Below are positions 9,886-20,119 of a stretch of DNA of 64,000 nt, piece after piece (the first letter of the stretch is position 1; each line of letters opens with the position of its first letter). The stretch is from assembly GCF_900539505.1 (NCBI RefSeq), contig NZ_UQCL01000002.1; one strand, written 5' to 3'. The notes below the pieces were generated by a model. That model did not search any database. It was not told where the DNA came from and was given only the letters and a program-made list of their open reading frames with translations. Origin of the DNA: an uncultured Campylobacter sp. Lineage in GTDB: Bacteria; Campylobacterota; Campylobacteria; Campylobacterales; Campylobacteraceae. The position numbers and the translations under genes are program-made.

Positions 9886-10632
9886 GATTATCGAAGCGCC
9901 GCTGGTTAGATTGAGCTTAAAGCTCAAAATAAGCCCCGCCGCGCAGAAAAGCGCCGATAGCGCGCAGCTTATCGCCATCATCGAGCCTAAGCTTTTTGAA
10001 ATTTTTTCGGCGATGAAGGGCGGGATCGTCATCAGCGAGATTACCAAGATTAGCCCTACGATCTGAATCGACGCAACCACCGCGAGGCTCGCCATCACTA
10101 CGAGGACGTAGTAAAAGACGCTAGTATTTACTCCGCGCAGCAGGGCGAATTCCTTATCGAAGCTGATCGCTAAAAATTGCCTATAAAAGCACGCCGTAAG
10201 CGCCGCAAATGCCGCGCCGCAAATGCCGATGAAGATTAAATTTTCATGATTTATCGCTAAGATCGAGCCGAATAAAAAGCTCATCAGATCGGATTTGTAC
10301 CCAGGTGTGAGATCGGCGAATATTATCCCCAGCGCCATTCCAAACGCCCATATCGCGCCGATTACGGCGTCGAAGCGCTCGGTGTTTCGCAGCGTGACAT
10401 AAGCGATGAGTAGACCCAAAAACAGCGCAAATACGCTAGCTCCCAGCACGGGCGAGATGCCTAAAAACAGCGCGATGCCGATGCCGCCGTATGCGCCGTG
10501 CGCGATGCCGCCTGCGATGAAGCTCATGCGATTTATCACGACTAAAGAGCCCACGACGCCGCAGACTATACTAACTAAAAGCCCGCCGAGCAAGGCATTT
10601 CGCATGAAGTCGTAGGAGAGAATTTCAGCCAT
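9829..10632 (-). CDS. metal (Zn/Mn) ABC transporter permease, ZnuB/TroC family
   Basis: ABC-3 family pattern MAEILSYDFMRNALLGGLLVSIVCGVVGSLVVINRMSFIAGGIAHGAYGGIG. Eight TM helices. Overlaps the upstream ATPase gene by 8 bp. Confidence 0.8.
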   Translation of the reverse strand: MAEILSYDFMRNALLGGLLVSIVCGVVGSLVVINRMSFIAGGIAHGAYGGIGIALFLGISPVLGASVFALFLGLLIAYVTLRNTERFDAVIGAIWAFGMALGIIFADLTPGYKSDLMSFLFGSILAINHENLIFIGICGAAFAALTACFYRQFLAISFDKEFALLRGVNTSVFYYVLVVMASLAVVASIQIVGLILVISLMTIPPFIAEKISKSLGSMMAISCALSALFCAAGLILSFKLNLTSGASIILVASVCFFASSIFSKLRA

Positions 10633-11392
10633 TTTCGCCCTCCTTGCAGCAGCATTCGTTAAGCGCGAGATCGACGGCGCAGAAGTGCCCGTGCTCGCGT
10701 CGCAGGTGATCTAAAAATTCCGCCCTGCCCCCCGGATCGATCTCATGGGTATGCGCCGAGCCGTTTGCGACGTAAAGAGCGCGGTTTGCGTAGTTTAGCG
10801 CGAGCTGCACGTCGTGGCTGATTAGAATTATGCCGCAGCCGCTCTCGTTTAGGGATTTTAAAAGCTCGTAAATTTGAACCTGCCCCATCGTGTCGATGCT
10901 CGCTAGCGGCTCATCAAGAAGTAAAATTTTAGCCTTCGCGCACAGCGCCCGCGCGATGTAAACGCGCTGTCTTTGTCCGCCACTAAGCTCGCTGATACGG
11001 CAGTCTGCAAGGTCTTGCATGCCTACGCGTTCCAGGGCTTGCATGGCTTGCTCGCGCTCGGATTTGGAGTAGAAGCCAAAAATTTTCTTATCTATCAGCC
11101 CCATTAAAACTACTTCGAGCACGCTTATGGGAAAGCTTTTGTTTATCGCTATAAACTGCGGCACGTAGCCCATTTGCGCTCTGGCAAGCGCGGGCGATCT
11201 GCCTAAAATTTCGATCATGCCCGAGCTTGGTCGCAGCAACCCCAAAAGCAGCTTCAAAAGAGTGCTTTTGCCGCCGCCGTTGGGCCCGAAAATCGCTAAA
11301 AAATCGCGCAGCTCGTAGCTTAGGTTTATATCTTTTAAAATTTCGCGTTTTTCGTAAGCAAAGTTTAAATTTCTTATCGTCACGTCCGCCAT
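10625..11392 (-). CDS. metal ABC transporter ATP-binding protein (ZnuC-like) with a His/Cys-rich C-terminal tail
   Basis: Walker A GPNGGGKST, signature LSGGQRQRV, Walker B LLLDEP. Start chosen at MADVTIRN; the listed ORF begins 21 codons earlier. Tail HTHEIDPGG…HGHFCAVDLALNECCCKEGENG. Confidence 0.8.
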   Translation of the reverse strand: MADVTIRNLNFAYEKREILKDINLSYELRDFLAIFGPNGGGKSTLLKLLLGLLRPSSGMIEILGRSPALARAQMGYVPQFIAINKSFPISVLEVVLMGLIDKKIFGFYSKSEREQAMQALERVGMQDLADCRISELSGGQRQRVYIARALCAKAKILLLDEPLASIDTMGQVQIYELLKSLNESGCGIILISHDVQLALNYANRALYVANGSAHTHEIDPGGRAEFLDHLRREHGHFCAVDLALNECCCKEGENG

Positions 11393-11491
11393 GAACGCCC
11401 TTTCGCCTAGATTTTGAAAGCATTTATTATAGCCCAAATTCGGAAAAATTGCCAAATTTTGCTATTATTACAAAAAATTTAAAGGCTAGCG

Positions 11492-12400
11492 GTGGAGAAA
11501 ATCGGCGAAAAATCAGATGAAAATAGCTGGGATAAAAAGTCCGAAAGTTACGCTAAATTTAGCGGCGAGCCGGGCAGTTTCGGCAAGCGGGTGTTTGAGA
11601 TACTGCGCGGCTGGGGCGTGAGCTTTGCGGGCAAAAGCGTGCTCGACGTGGGCGCCGGCACGGGGGTTTACTCGCTTTATCTCGCGTCGCTGGGCGCTAA
11701 AGTAACGGCGATCGATAGCTCCGAGGGGATGCTGCGCGAGCTAAGGCGCAGCGCGCAGGAGTTTGGAATTCGTCTGCAAAACGTATTAAATTTAAGCTTT
11801 GCGGAGTTTTGCGAGCGGCTGAGCCGCGATGGTTTCAGGGATACGACGGGCAAAAATTTTAAAATTTATCCGCGCCCGCAGAGCGAAATTTCAAACGCGC
11901 AAGCTCAAGAAGCGCAGGCTTTAAATTTTAAAAATTCTGCGAGCAAAAGCCGCGAGAGCGAAAATTTTAAAATTCCCGCAATTTTTGATATCGCGTTTCT
12001 TACGATGAGCCCCGCGCTAAAAAGCACGGAGGATTTTGAAGCGTTTTTGGCTTTGGGCGAGCGTAAAATTTATCTAAACTGGGCGAGCGAGCGCAATTCA
12101 TCTATGCTGGCGCCGCTTTTTGAGCGCTTCGGCACGGGGCATAAAAGACTTGCTACCGCCGCCGAAAAGTTCGAGGCGCTGCTTGGGGCGCGCGACATCA
12201 AATTTAAAAGCGAAATTTTAACCGAGAGGCGCGAGCAAAAACGCAGCCTGCAAGAAGCTGTGCAAAATGCCGCGTGGCACCTGCATATGGACGGCGCGGA
12301 GGCGAGCGAGCGTGAGATCGAGGAGCTTTTGAAAAAGCGGGCTAAAGGCGGGGTGATAAGCGATGAGATCGAAGCGAGCTTTAAGCTGTTTTATATTTAG
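11492..12400 (+). CDS. class I SAM-dependent methyltransferase carrying an internal ~60-aa low-complexity insert (GTG start)
   Basis: Motif I VLDVGAGTGVYSLYLA, post-I AIDSSEGML, motif II-like IFDIAFL. Between them lies NFKIYPRPQSEISNAQAQEAQALNFKNSASKSRESENFKIP, encoded by AAATTT-repeat DNA at about 11850–11990. Confidence 0.6.
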   Translation: MEKIGEKSDENSWDKKSESYAKFSGEPGSFGKRVFEILRGWGVSFAGKSVLDVGAGTGVYSLYLASLGAKVTAIDSSEGMLRELRRSAQEFGIRLQNVLNLSFAEFCERLSRDGFRDTTGKNFKIYPRPQSEISNAQAQEAQALNFKNSASKSRESENFKIPAIFDIAFLTMSPALKSTEDFEAFLALGERKIYLNWASERNSSMLAPLFERFGTGHKRLATAAEKFEALLGARDIKFKSEILTERREQKRSLQEAVQNAAWHLHMDGAEASEREIEELLKKRAKGGVISDEIEASFKLFYI

Positions 12401-13235
12401 TCTGGCGCCGGTTTTGGGGCTTTGCGGCAATCTTTTTACGCCGCTTGAGATGCCTAAATACGACCCGCAAAAGGCGCGGCTGGGCGCAAAAATTTTTACC
12501 GATGTAAGATTTAGCAGCAAAGGCCGCTCCTGCGAGAGCTGCCATAACTTCTATCTAAACGACTCAGGCGCTTCAGTGCGCGACGGACGCGTGCCTACGC
12601 TAATAAATTCTTATTATTTTGATCGCTACTTAGGCGATTATAATTTCGCGGGCTTTGAAGCGCGGATCGCGGCGTCGGTTTTTGGCAAGAACGAGCTTGA
12701 TGCGAGCGAAGATAGAATTTTAGAGCTTATCAGGAAGAATTTAACCTACAAGCAGGCTTTTGAAAGTGCTTACGGCGAGGCGAATACGGCGAACTTCATT
12801 GATGCGTTGAAGGAATTTTTAAAGTCCAAAACGGCGATAAATTCCAAATTTGACCGATTTTTGCGCGGCGAGGTTAAGCTAAATGATGCCGAATATAACG
12901 GATATGTGCTTTTTGTGCGGCTGTGCTCGGCATGCCATAACGGCGTTAGCCTAGGCACCGGCAGCTTTACTAAAATTCGCCCGAGCGCGGAAGAGGAGGA
13001 TGCGCCTAGGCATAGGCTCACTTCCGACGGATTTGAGTTGCGCCGCGTGCCTAGCTTGCGCAATATCACGCAAACCGCGCCTTACGTAAACGGGCAGACG
13101 GATTTGCGTCTTGCGGTGCGGCAGATCGCAAAAGATCTGCTAAAATACGATCTTAGCGATGGGGAACTTGATGCTTTGATGAGCTTTTTAGCTACACTTA
13201 AGGGCGAGATGACGGAGGCACAGGATGAAAGATAA
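12363..13235 (+). CDS. di-haem cytochrome c peroxidase family protein (lipoprotein-type signal)
   Basis: Two CxxCH haem-binding motifs (CESCH, CSACH). Signal MRSKRALSCFIFSLAPVLGLC. CCP/MauG-like spacing of the two motifs. Confidence 0.7.
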   Translation: MRSKRALSCFIFSLAPVLGLCGNLFTPLEMPKYDPQKARLGAKIFTDVRFSSKGRSCESCHNFYLNDSGASVRDGRVPTLINSYYFDRYLGDYNFAGFEARIAASVFGKNELDASEDRILELIRKNLTYKQAFESAYGEANTANFIDALKEFLKSKTAINSKFDRFLRGEVKLNDAEYNGYVLFVRLCSACHNGVSLGTGSFTKIRPSAEEEDAPRHRLTSDGFELRRVPSLRNITQTAPYVNGQTDLRLAVRQIAKDLLKYDLSDGELDALMSFLATLKGEMTEAQDER

Positions 13236-15645
13236 GATAATGTGGACTTTGATGGTGGGGATTATGATATTAGGCATAATCATCGCCGGGAATTATTTCT
13301 CGTCGCTAAGAGATGTAGCGAGATTTAGCACGATTTCGCGCGAGCTAGCTTTGATCGATAATGCCGACAACCGCTTAAATATATTATTTGATGCAAAGAT
13401 CGCAAGAAGGGACTTTTCGATTGCAAATGCCGATATGCGCGGCATCTATCAGGTGCTGCAAGCTTTACAAAAAGACAAAATCATCGATAAAATCGGACTT
13501 AGCAGCGATGTGCGCGCGATCGGAAGCGCTTTTAGCGATAAAATTTCACTTTTGGACGAGCTTGGGGCTTTAAATTCGCAGAATTTAATCCTTTTTCAAA
13601 GTCTGCAGCAAAAATTTTTATCCAGTGGCGCAAATGCGCAAAGAGCAAATCTCTACTCTCAAATTTTAGGGCTTAATTATAAAAATCGCTCCGAGATCTC
13701 TGCTTTAAAAAGTGCGCTAGAAAGCGCAGATGCGTCAAGCCCTGACGAAGCTGCGTTTATAGGAATCGCACGGCAAATTTTAAGGAATTTCGAGCGGCAA
13801 AATATCATCGTAAGTGATAATCTCTCGTTGCTAAATGAGCGCTTCGCAAGTCTGCGCGAGCGATTTTCTTACGCTAGTGAGGAATTTTACGGCTCGTTTA
13901 TGCAAATGACGATGCTTTACACGGCGGTGTTTTTGTCGTTTTTACTGCTTACTTACATCATAAATTCCAATGCTTTGCGTAGCAAACGCGCCCTCGCGCC
14001 CTATCACGCACTATGCGAGCAAGCAGGCGAAGCGATAGTTTTAGCAGATCAAAACTTTAAAATTTTATACGCTAATAAAAGCGTGCTTAGCTTAAGCGGC
14101 TACGAACAAAGCGAGCTGGAAGGAGGCGATCTTGGAGTTTTGATGCCCAAAGATAAAGGGATCGAACTTCCTGCGATGGTAAATAAAAGCGCCAAAGATA
14201 CGCGCCTTCTTCGTAAAAACGGCGAACTAGCCGATGTGAGCCTAAGGCTAGCAAATATCGCCACCGCATCCAAGCCGCCGCTATATGCACTTTACGCTCA
14301 TGACATCGGCGAGCGCGAGATTATGAAGCTAGCTCTTGCGAGCGCAAAGGAGAGCTTAAACAATCAAGTCTATATCGATCATCTTACGGGCCAGGGCAAC
14401 GAAGCAGCGCTATATGAGCTAATAAACGCCGAAAAAACGGGCGTAGCGATCTATATAACTATCGTAAATTTTGCAAATTTGCGACTTTTTTACAAGGCGG
14501 AGACGACGAATGAAATTCTGCGCTCCTTTGCGCGCACGCTTGCAATGTGTATCGAATCGCACGAGATCAAAGCTAGTATCTTTCGCATCCAATCGGATGA
14601 GTTTTGCCTATTTTACGAGGGACTAAATGTCGCGCGCGACGTGGAGATCATAAATAAATACTTCACCGACAAGGTTTTTAATCTCCATACCACCGAGGGC
14701 TTTGCCTCCGCGCCTTTAAATATCACGATGGGCGTAAGCGAGCGCGCCGACGTAGCGGGCGGCGCAAATAGGGTCTTTCAGGCGGTTATGGCGATGTATG
14801 AGGCGCAGAGCAAAAACGAGCACGTGGGCTTTTACTCGCGCCCAAATGCGATTGAGGAAAAATATCTTCAAAATCAGATTATGATCAACACCATTCAAAA
14901 CGCGATCAAGAAAAATCAAGTCTTTGTGCTTGTTCAGCCCATATTTGATATCACCCACCGCGATCCTAGTGGTAACACCTACGGCACCGAGGGCGGTGAT
15001 TATGTCCCGTTAGTATATGAAATTCTAATCCGCCTAATCGATCGTTCGGGCAAGACGCGCTGCCCGGGTGAGTTTATCGATATCGCAAAGCAAACCTCGC
15101 TCTACATCCCGCTAACTCAGGTAGTAATAAACGAAGCTTTTCGCTTGCTAGACCGCTTCGCAGGGACTTGCTTTAGCATAAATCTTTCATATTTTGACAT
15201 CGCAAACGAAGGTATCAAGGAGCTTTTAGAGCGCAAGCTCGCATCCAGTCCAAACGCTTCAAATCTATTCATTGAAATTTTAGAAAGCGAGGAATTTGAC
15301 GATTACGAGAGCCTACGCAGCTTCATCGCCGTAGCCAAAAACTACGGCTGCAAGGTCGCGATAGACGATTTTGGCAGCGGATACTCCAACTACTATAGAA
15401 TTTTAACGCTCGACGTGGATTACATAAAGATCGACGGAGCGCTCATCAAAAACATCGCAAACGACAAAAACTCGCGTGCTATCGTCGAAACCATCGCTAA
15501 CTTCGCGCGCAAGCAGGGCTACGAGCTCATCGCCGAATACGTAGAAAACCACGAAATTTCAATCATCTTAGAAGAGATGGGGATTAAATATATGCAAGGC
15601 TACTTCTACAGCAAGCCGATGGAGCCTTCGAGGATAAAATTCTAA
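13225..15645 (+). CDS. membrane sensor cyclic-di-GMP phosphodiesterase: periplasmic sensor region, PAS, degenerate GGDEF (SDEF) and EAL domains
   Basis: Two TM helices flank a ~190-aa N-terminal domain. PAS-like segment (ILYANKSVLSLSGYEQSEL). The GGDEF position reads IQSDEF. EAL domain with EILIR, DDFGSGYSNY and KIDGALI motifs. RBS GGAGG. Confidence 0.75.
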   Translation: MKDKIMWTLMVGIMILGIIIAGNYFSSLRDVARFSTISRELALIDNADNRLNILFDAKIARRDFSIANADMRGIYQVLQALQKDKIIDKIGLSSDVRAIGSAFSDKISLLDELGALNSQNLILFQSLQQKFLSSGANAQRANLYSQILGLNYKNRSEISALKSALESADASSPDEAAFIGIARQILRNFERQNIIVSDNLSLLNERFASLRERFSYASEEFYGSFMQMTMLYTAVFLSFLLLTYIINSNALRSKRALAPYHALCEQAGEAIVLADQNFKILYANKSVLSLSGYEQSELEGGDLGVLMPKDKGIELPAMVNKSAKDTRLLRKNGELADVSLRLANIATASKPPLYALYAHDIGEREIMKLALASAKESLNNQVYIDHLTGQGNEAALYELINAEKTGVAIYITIVNFANLRLFYKAETTNEILRSFARTLAMCIESHEIKASIFRIQSDEFCLFYEGLNVARDVEIINKYFTDKVFNLHTTEGFASAPLNITMGVSERADVAGGANRVFQAVMAMYEAQSKNEHVGFYSRPNAIEEKYLQNQIMINTIQNAIKKNQVFVLVQPIFDITHRDPSGNTYGTEGGDYVPLVYEILIRLIDRSGKTRCPGEFIDIAKQTSLYIPLTQVVINEAFRLLDRFAGTCFSINLSYFDIANEGIKELLERKLASSPNASNLFIEILESEEFDDYESLRSFIAVAKNYGCKVAIDDFGSGYSNYYRILTLDVDYIKIDGALIKNIANDKNSRAIVETIANFARKQGYELIAEYVENHEISIILEEMGIKYMQGYFYSKPMEPSRIKF

Positions 15646-16235
15646 TCTCATCTCGCCGCGACTTTATAGCCCGCCTCTTTAAATTTATAGCCCAAAGATC
15701 GCCTTCGCAAGGCGATAAATTCTGATTTAGCAAGCTGCTGCTTTAATACGAAATTTATCTTGGCAAATACTACGCGGTTTTATCACAAACTTATGGCATG
15801 CCTTGTAGCTAAAATCATCATAAAAGCTTGCGCATGGCAAATGAAGTGAGAGCTAAATTTAAAATTTAATGGCGGATCTATGGACGAAATTTTGCGAAGT
15901 TCAAAATTTTAAAATTCCAAGCTGTAGAATTTTAAAATTTGAAATGCGCGAGCTGCAAATTTAAGGCTAAATTTTAAAATTCCGTAGCGATAAAATTTTA
16001 AATTCCGCGCCTTAAACCCGCCTGCAAATTTTAAAATTTTATGGCGCAAATTTCGATCCATTCGTTTTATAACATTTCACGCGAGCTTTACAAAATAAAA
16101 ATTTTAACGAGCTTTGCTCTAATTATCGATAGAGCTTTCAAATGCAGGCGGAATTTTTAAGTGCAAACTTTCTTGCTTTCAGCGAGAATGAGCTTAAATT
16201 TTAGGCTTTAGCGCATTAGCTCAAGCAAATTCGCT

Positions 16236-17744
16236 CTAAGCCTTCATACTCCCCGTATCCTTAAATCTTTGATGCCACGACAGCGCCTCGCTTAGGATGT
16301 GTGGAGTATGCCCCGCACAGGGCTGCGCACATGCCCGCTCGAAATAATCTCTCAGCGCATCTTGGTAAGTGGGATGTGCGATGCTTATCATCGCGCGAGC
16401 CCGTTCGCGAGGGCATTTACCGCGCAGATCGGCGATGCCGTATTCGGTGATGATGACTTGGGTGTCGTGTTCGGTATGATCGACATGGCTTACGAAGGGC
16501 ACGATAGCGCTAATCGCGCCGCCTTTAGCGAGCGATGGGCTCAAAAATAGCGACAAATATCCGTTGCGAGCAAAGTCACCGCTACCGCCGATGCCGTTTT
16601 TCATCTGCGAACCCATGACGTTGGTAGAATTCACATTGCCGTAGATGTCTGCCTCGAGCATGCCATTCATCGACACGACGCCGAGCTTTCTGATGAGCGC
16701 TGGCGAGTTGGAGACGTCTTGTGAACGCAGTATGATGTGCTTGCGGTAGAAATCGATGTTTTTTTGAAATTCCTCGACACCTGCGGGGCTAAGCGATAGC
16801 GCTGTGGCACTTGCAGTGCCTACGACGCCTCTTCTGATGAGATCTAGCATGCCGTCTTGGATCACCTCGGAGTAGCACTGCAGCCCTTGATAGCCGGCGT
16901 CTTGTAGCGAGCTAAGCACGGCGTTAGCGACGTTGCCGATGCCCGATTGTAGCGGCAGTAGCTTCTTTGCGGGAAGCCTGCCGCAAGCTTCCTCGTTTTT
17001 TAGGAATTTTACGACGTTTCGCCCAATCGCGCTTGAAATTTCATCCACGGCGGTGAAATTATTGACGCGATCATGCGTCCTAGCCTCTATAACAGCGATT
17101 ACTTTAGCAGGATCTACATGCATGTAGGGGCTGCCTACGCGATCGCCTACGTGCTTGATCGGCAGATCCTCAGCATGCGGCGGTAGGCGCAGATCTGTAA
17201 CGTCGTGAATGCCCTCCAGCTCAAGTGGCTGGTAGTAATTCACTTCTAAAATCACGCGATCGGCGATATCGAGCCAGGCTTGGTTGTTGCCTAGCGATGT
17301 GGACGGCACGAGCTCACCGCTTTCTTTAATCGCCACTACTTCGATCACAGCAAAGTTTAGATGTGGAAAAAAGCCCGCCTTAAGCTGCGCGGCAAGGCTT
17401 GATAGATGCACGTCTGCGTATCGCACGGCGCCGCTATTTATCGCACGGCGCATATCGGCATCCGTAAAAAACGGCGCGCGAAAGCTCACGGCACCTGCTT
17501 TTGCCAAAACTCCGTCTAAAAGCGGATCGGTCGATGCGCCTGTAAAAATTTCGATTTGATAGGGCTCGCCTTTTTCGTGCAGCGCTGTCGCTCGTTGCGC
17601 CAGAGCCTGCGGCAGCGCTAGTGCGCAGCCCGCCCCAACAAAGCCGCTAAAGCCCACCGATGCGCCATTTGGGATCAGCTCGCAGGCTTCCTCGGCGCTC
17701 ATAATTTTTGATTTTAGATATTCGTTTTGCACGCGTGAGTTCAT
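16236..17744 (-). CDS. acetyl-CoA hydrolase/transferase family protein (succinyl-CoA:acetate CoA-transferase-like)
   Basis: 502 aa. N-terminus AEEACELIPNGASVGFSGFVGAGCA. Conserved …GIGGSGDFARN…. Full-length match to the Cat1/ScpC/Ach1 family pattern. Confidence 0.8.
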   Translation of the reverse strand: MNSRVQNEYLKSKIMSAEEACELIPNGASVGFSGFVGAGCALALPQALAQRATALHEKGEPYQIEIFTGASTDPLLDGVLAKAGAVSFRAPFFTDADMRRAINSGAVRYADVHLSSLAAQLKAGFFPHLNFAVIEVVAIKESGELVPSTSLGNNQAWLDIADRVILEVNYYQPLELEGIHDVTDLRLPPHAEDLPIKHVGDRVGSPYMHVDPAKVIAVIEARTHDRVNNFTAVDEISSAIGRNVVKFLKNEEACGRLPAKKLLPLQSGIGNVANAVLSSLQDAGYQGLQCYSEVIQDGMLDLIRRGVVGTASATALSLSPAGVEEFQKNIDFYRKHIILRSQDVSNSPALIRKLGVVSMNGMLEADIYGNVNSTNVMGSQMKNGIGGSGDFARNGYLSLFLSPSLAKGGAISAIVPFVSHVDHTEHDTQVIITEYGIADLRGKCPRERARAMISIAHPTYQDALRDYFERACAQPCAGHTPHILSEALSWHQRFKDTGSMKA

Positions 17745-18692
17745 TTTCCGTCCTAGCCGTGATTTGGGCGAAATTATAATATTTTTGCGCTAAATTTCAA
17801 AATCTAAATTTCGTGCGCGAGCTAGGCTATAGAGCAAAATATGAGGCGCGGTCGGTTGGGATACGCCACAAACGCTTCCGATCAGGCTTTTTTTGCTTCG
17901 GCGGTTTACAATACCCGCTTGCACAAGCGCTCCGTAAATAGGGTTTTAAGCGTGATTGAAGCTTAGTTGATAGTCTCGCTGCGATACTGCAAATACTTAT
18001 CGCGCACCCAATCTTGCGAAATTTAAACGCAAAATTTCATCGCATAATTTGTGAGCTGCGATATTTAAATTTAAGCTTCCTTTTGCAATTTAATCGCTCG
18101 CCGCACTCAAATTTAAATCCCCGCCTCGCAATTTTAAAATGGATGTTTTGAAATTTATCGCTCGTGGCGTTTAAATTCCGCGTCTAGCGAGCCTTGAACT
18201 CATATTTGAAATTCCATCACTTGCGATGCACGCATTTGCCCATCGCACCTGTATTTTAATCCGCATTAATGAAATTCCCTCTGTCTGAAATTTTAACCTC
18301 TTCGCACAATATGGCAGTTTAAAATTTCAAATTTCTCGCTTTTTTTTGGGAGCGGCTCGACATAGATACGTAAAATTTTGATAAATTTACGCTTGCAAAA
18401 TTCTAAAAATTATATCATCGTCACGGCTAAATTGCAGATTTGTTTAAATTCTGGTTCTTAAAATTGTAGCCTGGCCGTCACGCACGATTTGCAATTCAAA
18501 GAGCCTTGCCGCGTAAATTCTAATCTCTCTGAGCCCAAAAATTGACGCCGCTTAATACATGAATTTAAACGCGTTTTGGAATTCAAAATTTAGCCCGCCT
18601 TGTTACCATTTTCGGTCGAGCTCTATAAAATTTCGGCAAATTTTATACTCGCGGAATTTTAAAATTTTATCGCCATAAAAGCCAGTAAAATT

Positions 18693-19205
18693 TTATCTCT
18701 GCGGCTTGCCGTCGCCAAATTTCGCGACTATCTCCTCGCTACAGCTCTCTTTGGGCGCCCAGCCTTCGCGCTTCATCCGCGCCAGATTGTCGCATGCCTC
18801 CTGCGAGCCGCCCTCGCAAAGCTCGTCGTATATCACGAGGCTGCGGCACTGCCCGCTCGCGAAGCTCTCCAGCGTCGCGGCATTGCCCAGGCAGGCTCGC
18901 TCGCGCAGATTGCTCATCGCGCGCCCGCCTGCGCCATCCGCTTTGTCTCCCTGCTTCCGCTCGGCGAGGGTTGAGAGCTCGCATGCGTCTGCGAAAAAAC
19001 CCTGTGCTTTGAAGCGGTTTCGCACGACGCCGCGACCGCCCAGCTCGTATCTCATCGCCGCTTCGTAGCATGCGGCGGCGTCCTTTTTGCTGCATTTTGC
19101 TAAAAGCGCGCTGGTTTTTGCGCCGCTAAATTTAAACTCTTTGGCTTCGCCGTCTGCGTTTGCCAAACTAAGCGCCGCCGCCAGCGCAAGCTTTAAAGCT
19201 TTCAT
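18693..19205 (-). CDS. Sel1-like repeat, cysteine-rich secreted protein
   Basis: Signal peptide. Repeated C-x7-C pairs with GxGV…A…Y…A motifs (ACYEAAMRYELGGRGVVRN…ADAC). Confidence 0.55.
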   Translation of the reverse strand: MKALKLALAAALSLANADGEAKEFKFSGAKTSALLAKCSKKDAAACYEAAMRYELGGRGVVRNRFKAQGFFADACELSTLAERKQGDKADGAGGRAMSNLRERACLGNAATLESFASGQCRSLVIYDELCEGGSQEACDNLARMKREGWAPKESCSEEIVAKFGDGKPQR

Positions 19206-19381
19206 CTTTGCCCCTTTTTCGTTTATCCGCTCGCACGCTTCGATTTACCGCCTCATCGCGCACTGCACTCGCACAGCCCGCTAAAATTTTAAAGGCTCGC
19301 GCGCTCCATATCCAGGTCGTAAAGGTTGTGAAAATCCACGTCGTTAAATTTATTTTTTGCCACTTTCGCTCCGTTTAAATT

Positions 19382-19924
19382 TTAATATCCGGCTTCATTT
19401 AGCTTTTTGTAGTCGTCGCAGCCAAACTGATCGCCCAGATCGCATGCTTTGCCAAAATACTCTTTGGCTGTTTTGAAATTTTGCTCCACGCCTTTTGCCT
19501 CAAGATATAAAGAAGCGACATCGTAGCAAGCGTCAGCGCCCCCTAGATCGCAGGCCTTTTGATAAAGCTCCATTGCCTTTTTGTAGTCTTGTTTCACGGC
19601 TTTACCGCTCTTATATGCAAAACCAAGCTGAGCGCAGCCAACAGCGTCTTTTTTATCGCATGTCATTTGCCAAATCTCTATCGCTTTTTTGTAGTCTTGC
19701 CTCACACCCTCGCCGTTGTAATAACTGATACCAAGGAAAGAGCACCCATTGATACTTCCTTTATTGCAAGCGCTCTCAAAGTGCTTTGCCGCTCTTGCCA
19801 AGTCTTGATAATAAGATGCCTCCAATCCATATTCAAGCTCTTTTTGCGCCGATAATTCAAAGGCAAAGGCAAAATTTAATAAACCTGCCAAAGCCATCAT
19901 CACAAAAATAAATTTTCTCATCAT
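19382..19924 (-). CDS. Sel1-like repeat protein of the Helicobacter cysteine-rich protein (Hcp) type
   Basis: Signal peptide, then four SLR units each with a disulfide-type Cys pair (NGCSFLGISYYNGEGVRQDYKKAIEIWQMTCD; VGCAQLGFAYKSGKAVKQDYKKAMELYQKACD; …). Confidence 0.8.
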   Translation of the reverse strand: MMRKFIFVMMALAGLLNFAFAFELSAQKELEYGLEASYYQDLARAAKHFESACNKGSINGCSFLGISYYNGEGVRQDYKKAIEIWQMTCDKKDAVGCAQLGFAYKSGKAVKQDYKKAMELYQKACDLGGADACYDVASLYLEAKGVEQNFKTAKEYFGKACDLGDQFGCDDYKKLNEAGY

Positions 19925-20119
19925 TAATCCTTTAAATTTTTATTGATATTTTGATCCGCGTCGGTTAAAAAGCTTTCATCTTTGCTCCTTTGTTTCGTTT
20001 ATCTGTCTGCTCCGATTTGCTGCTTCATCGCGCGCTGCACTCGCACAGCCCTCTAAAATTTTAAAGGCTCGCGCGCTCTGTTTGCGCTCGAAGCTCGGAA
20101 ATTTATCGCTTTTGCCGCG

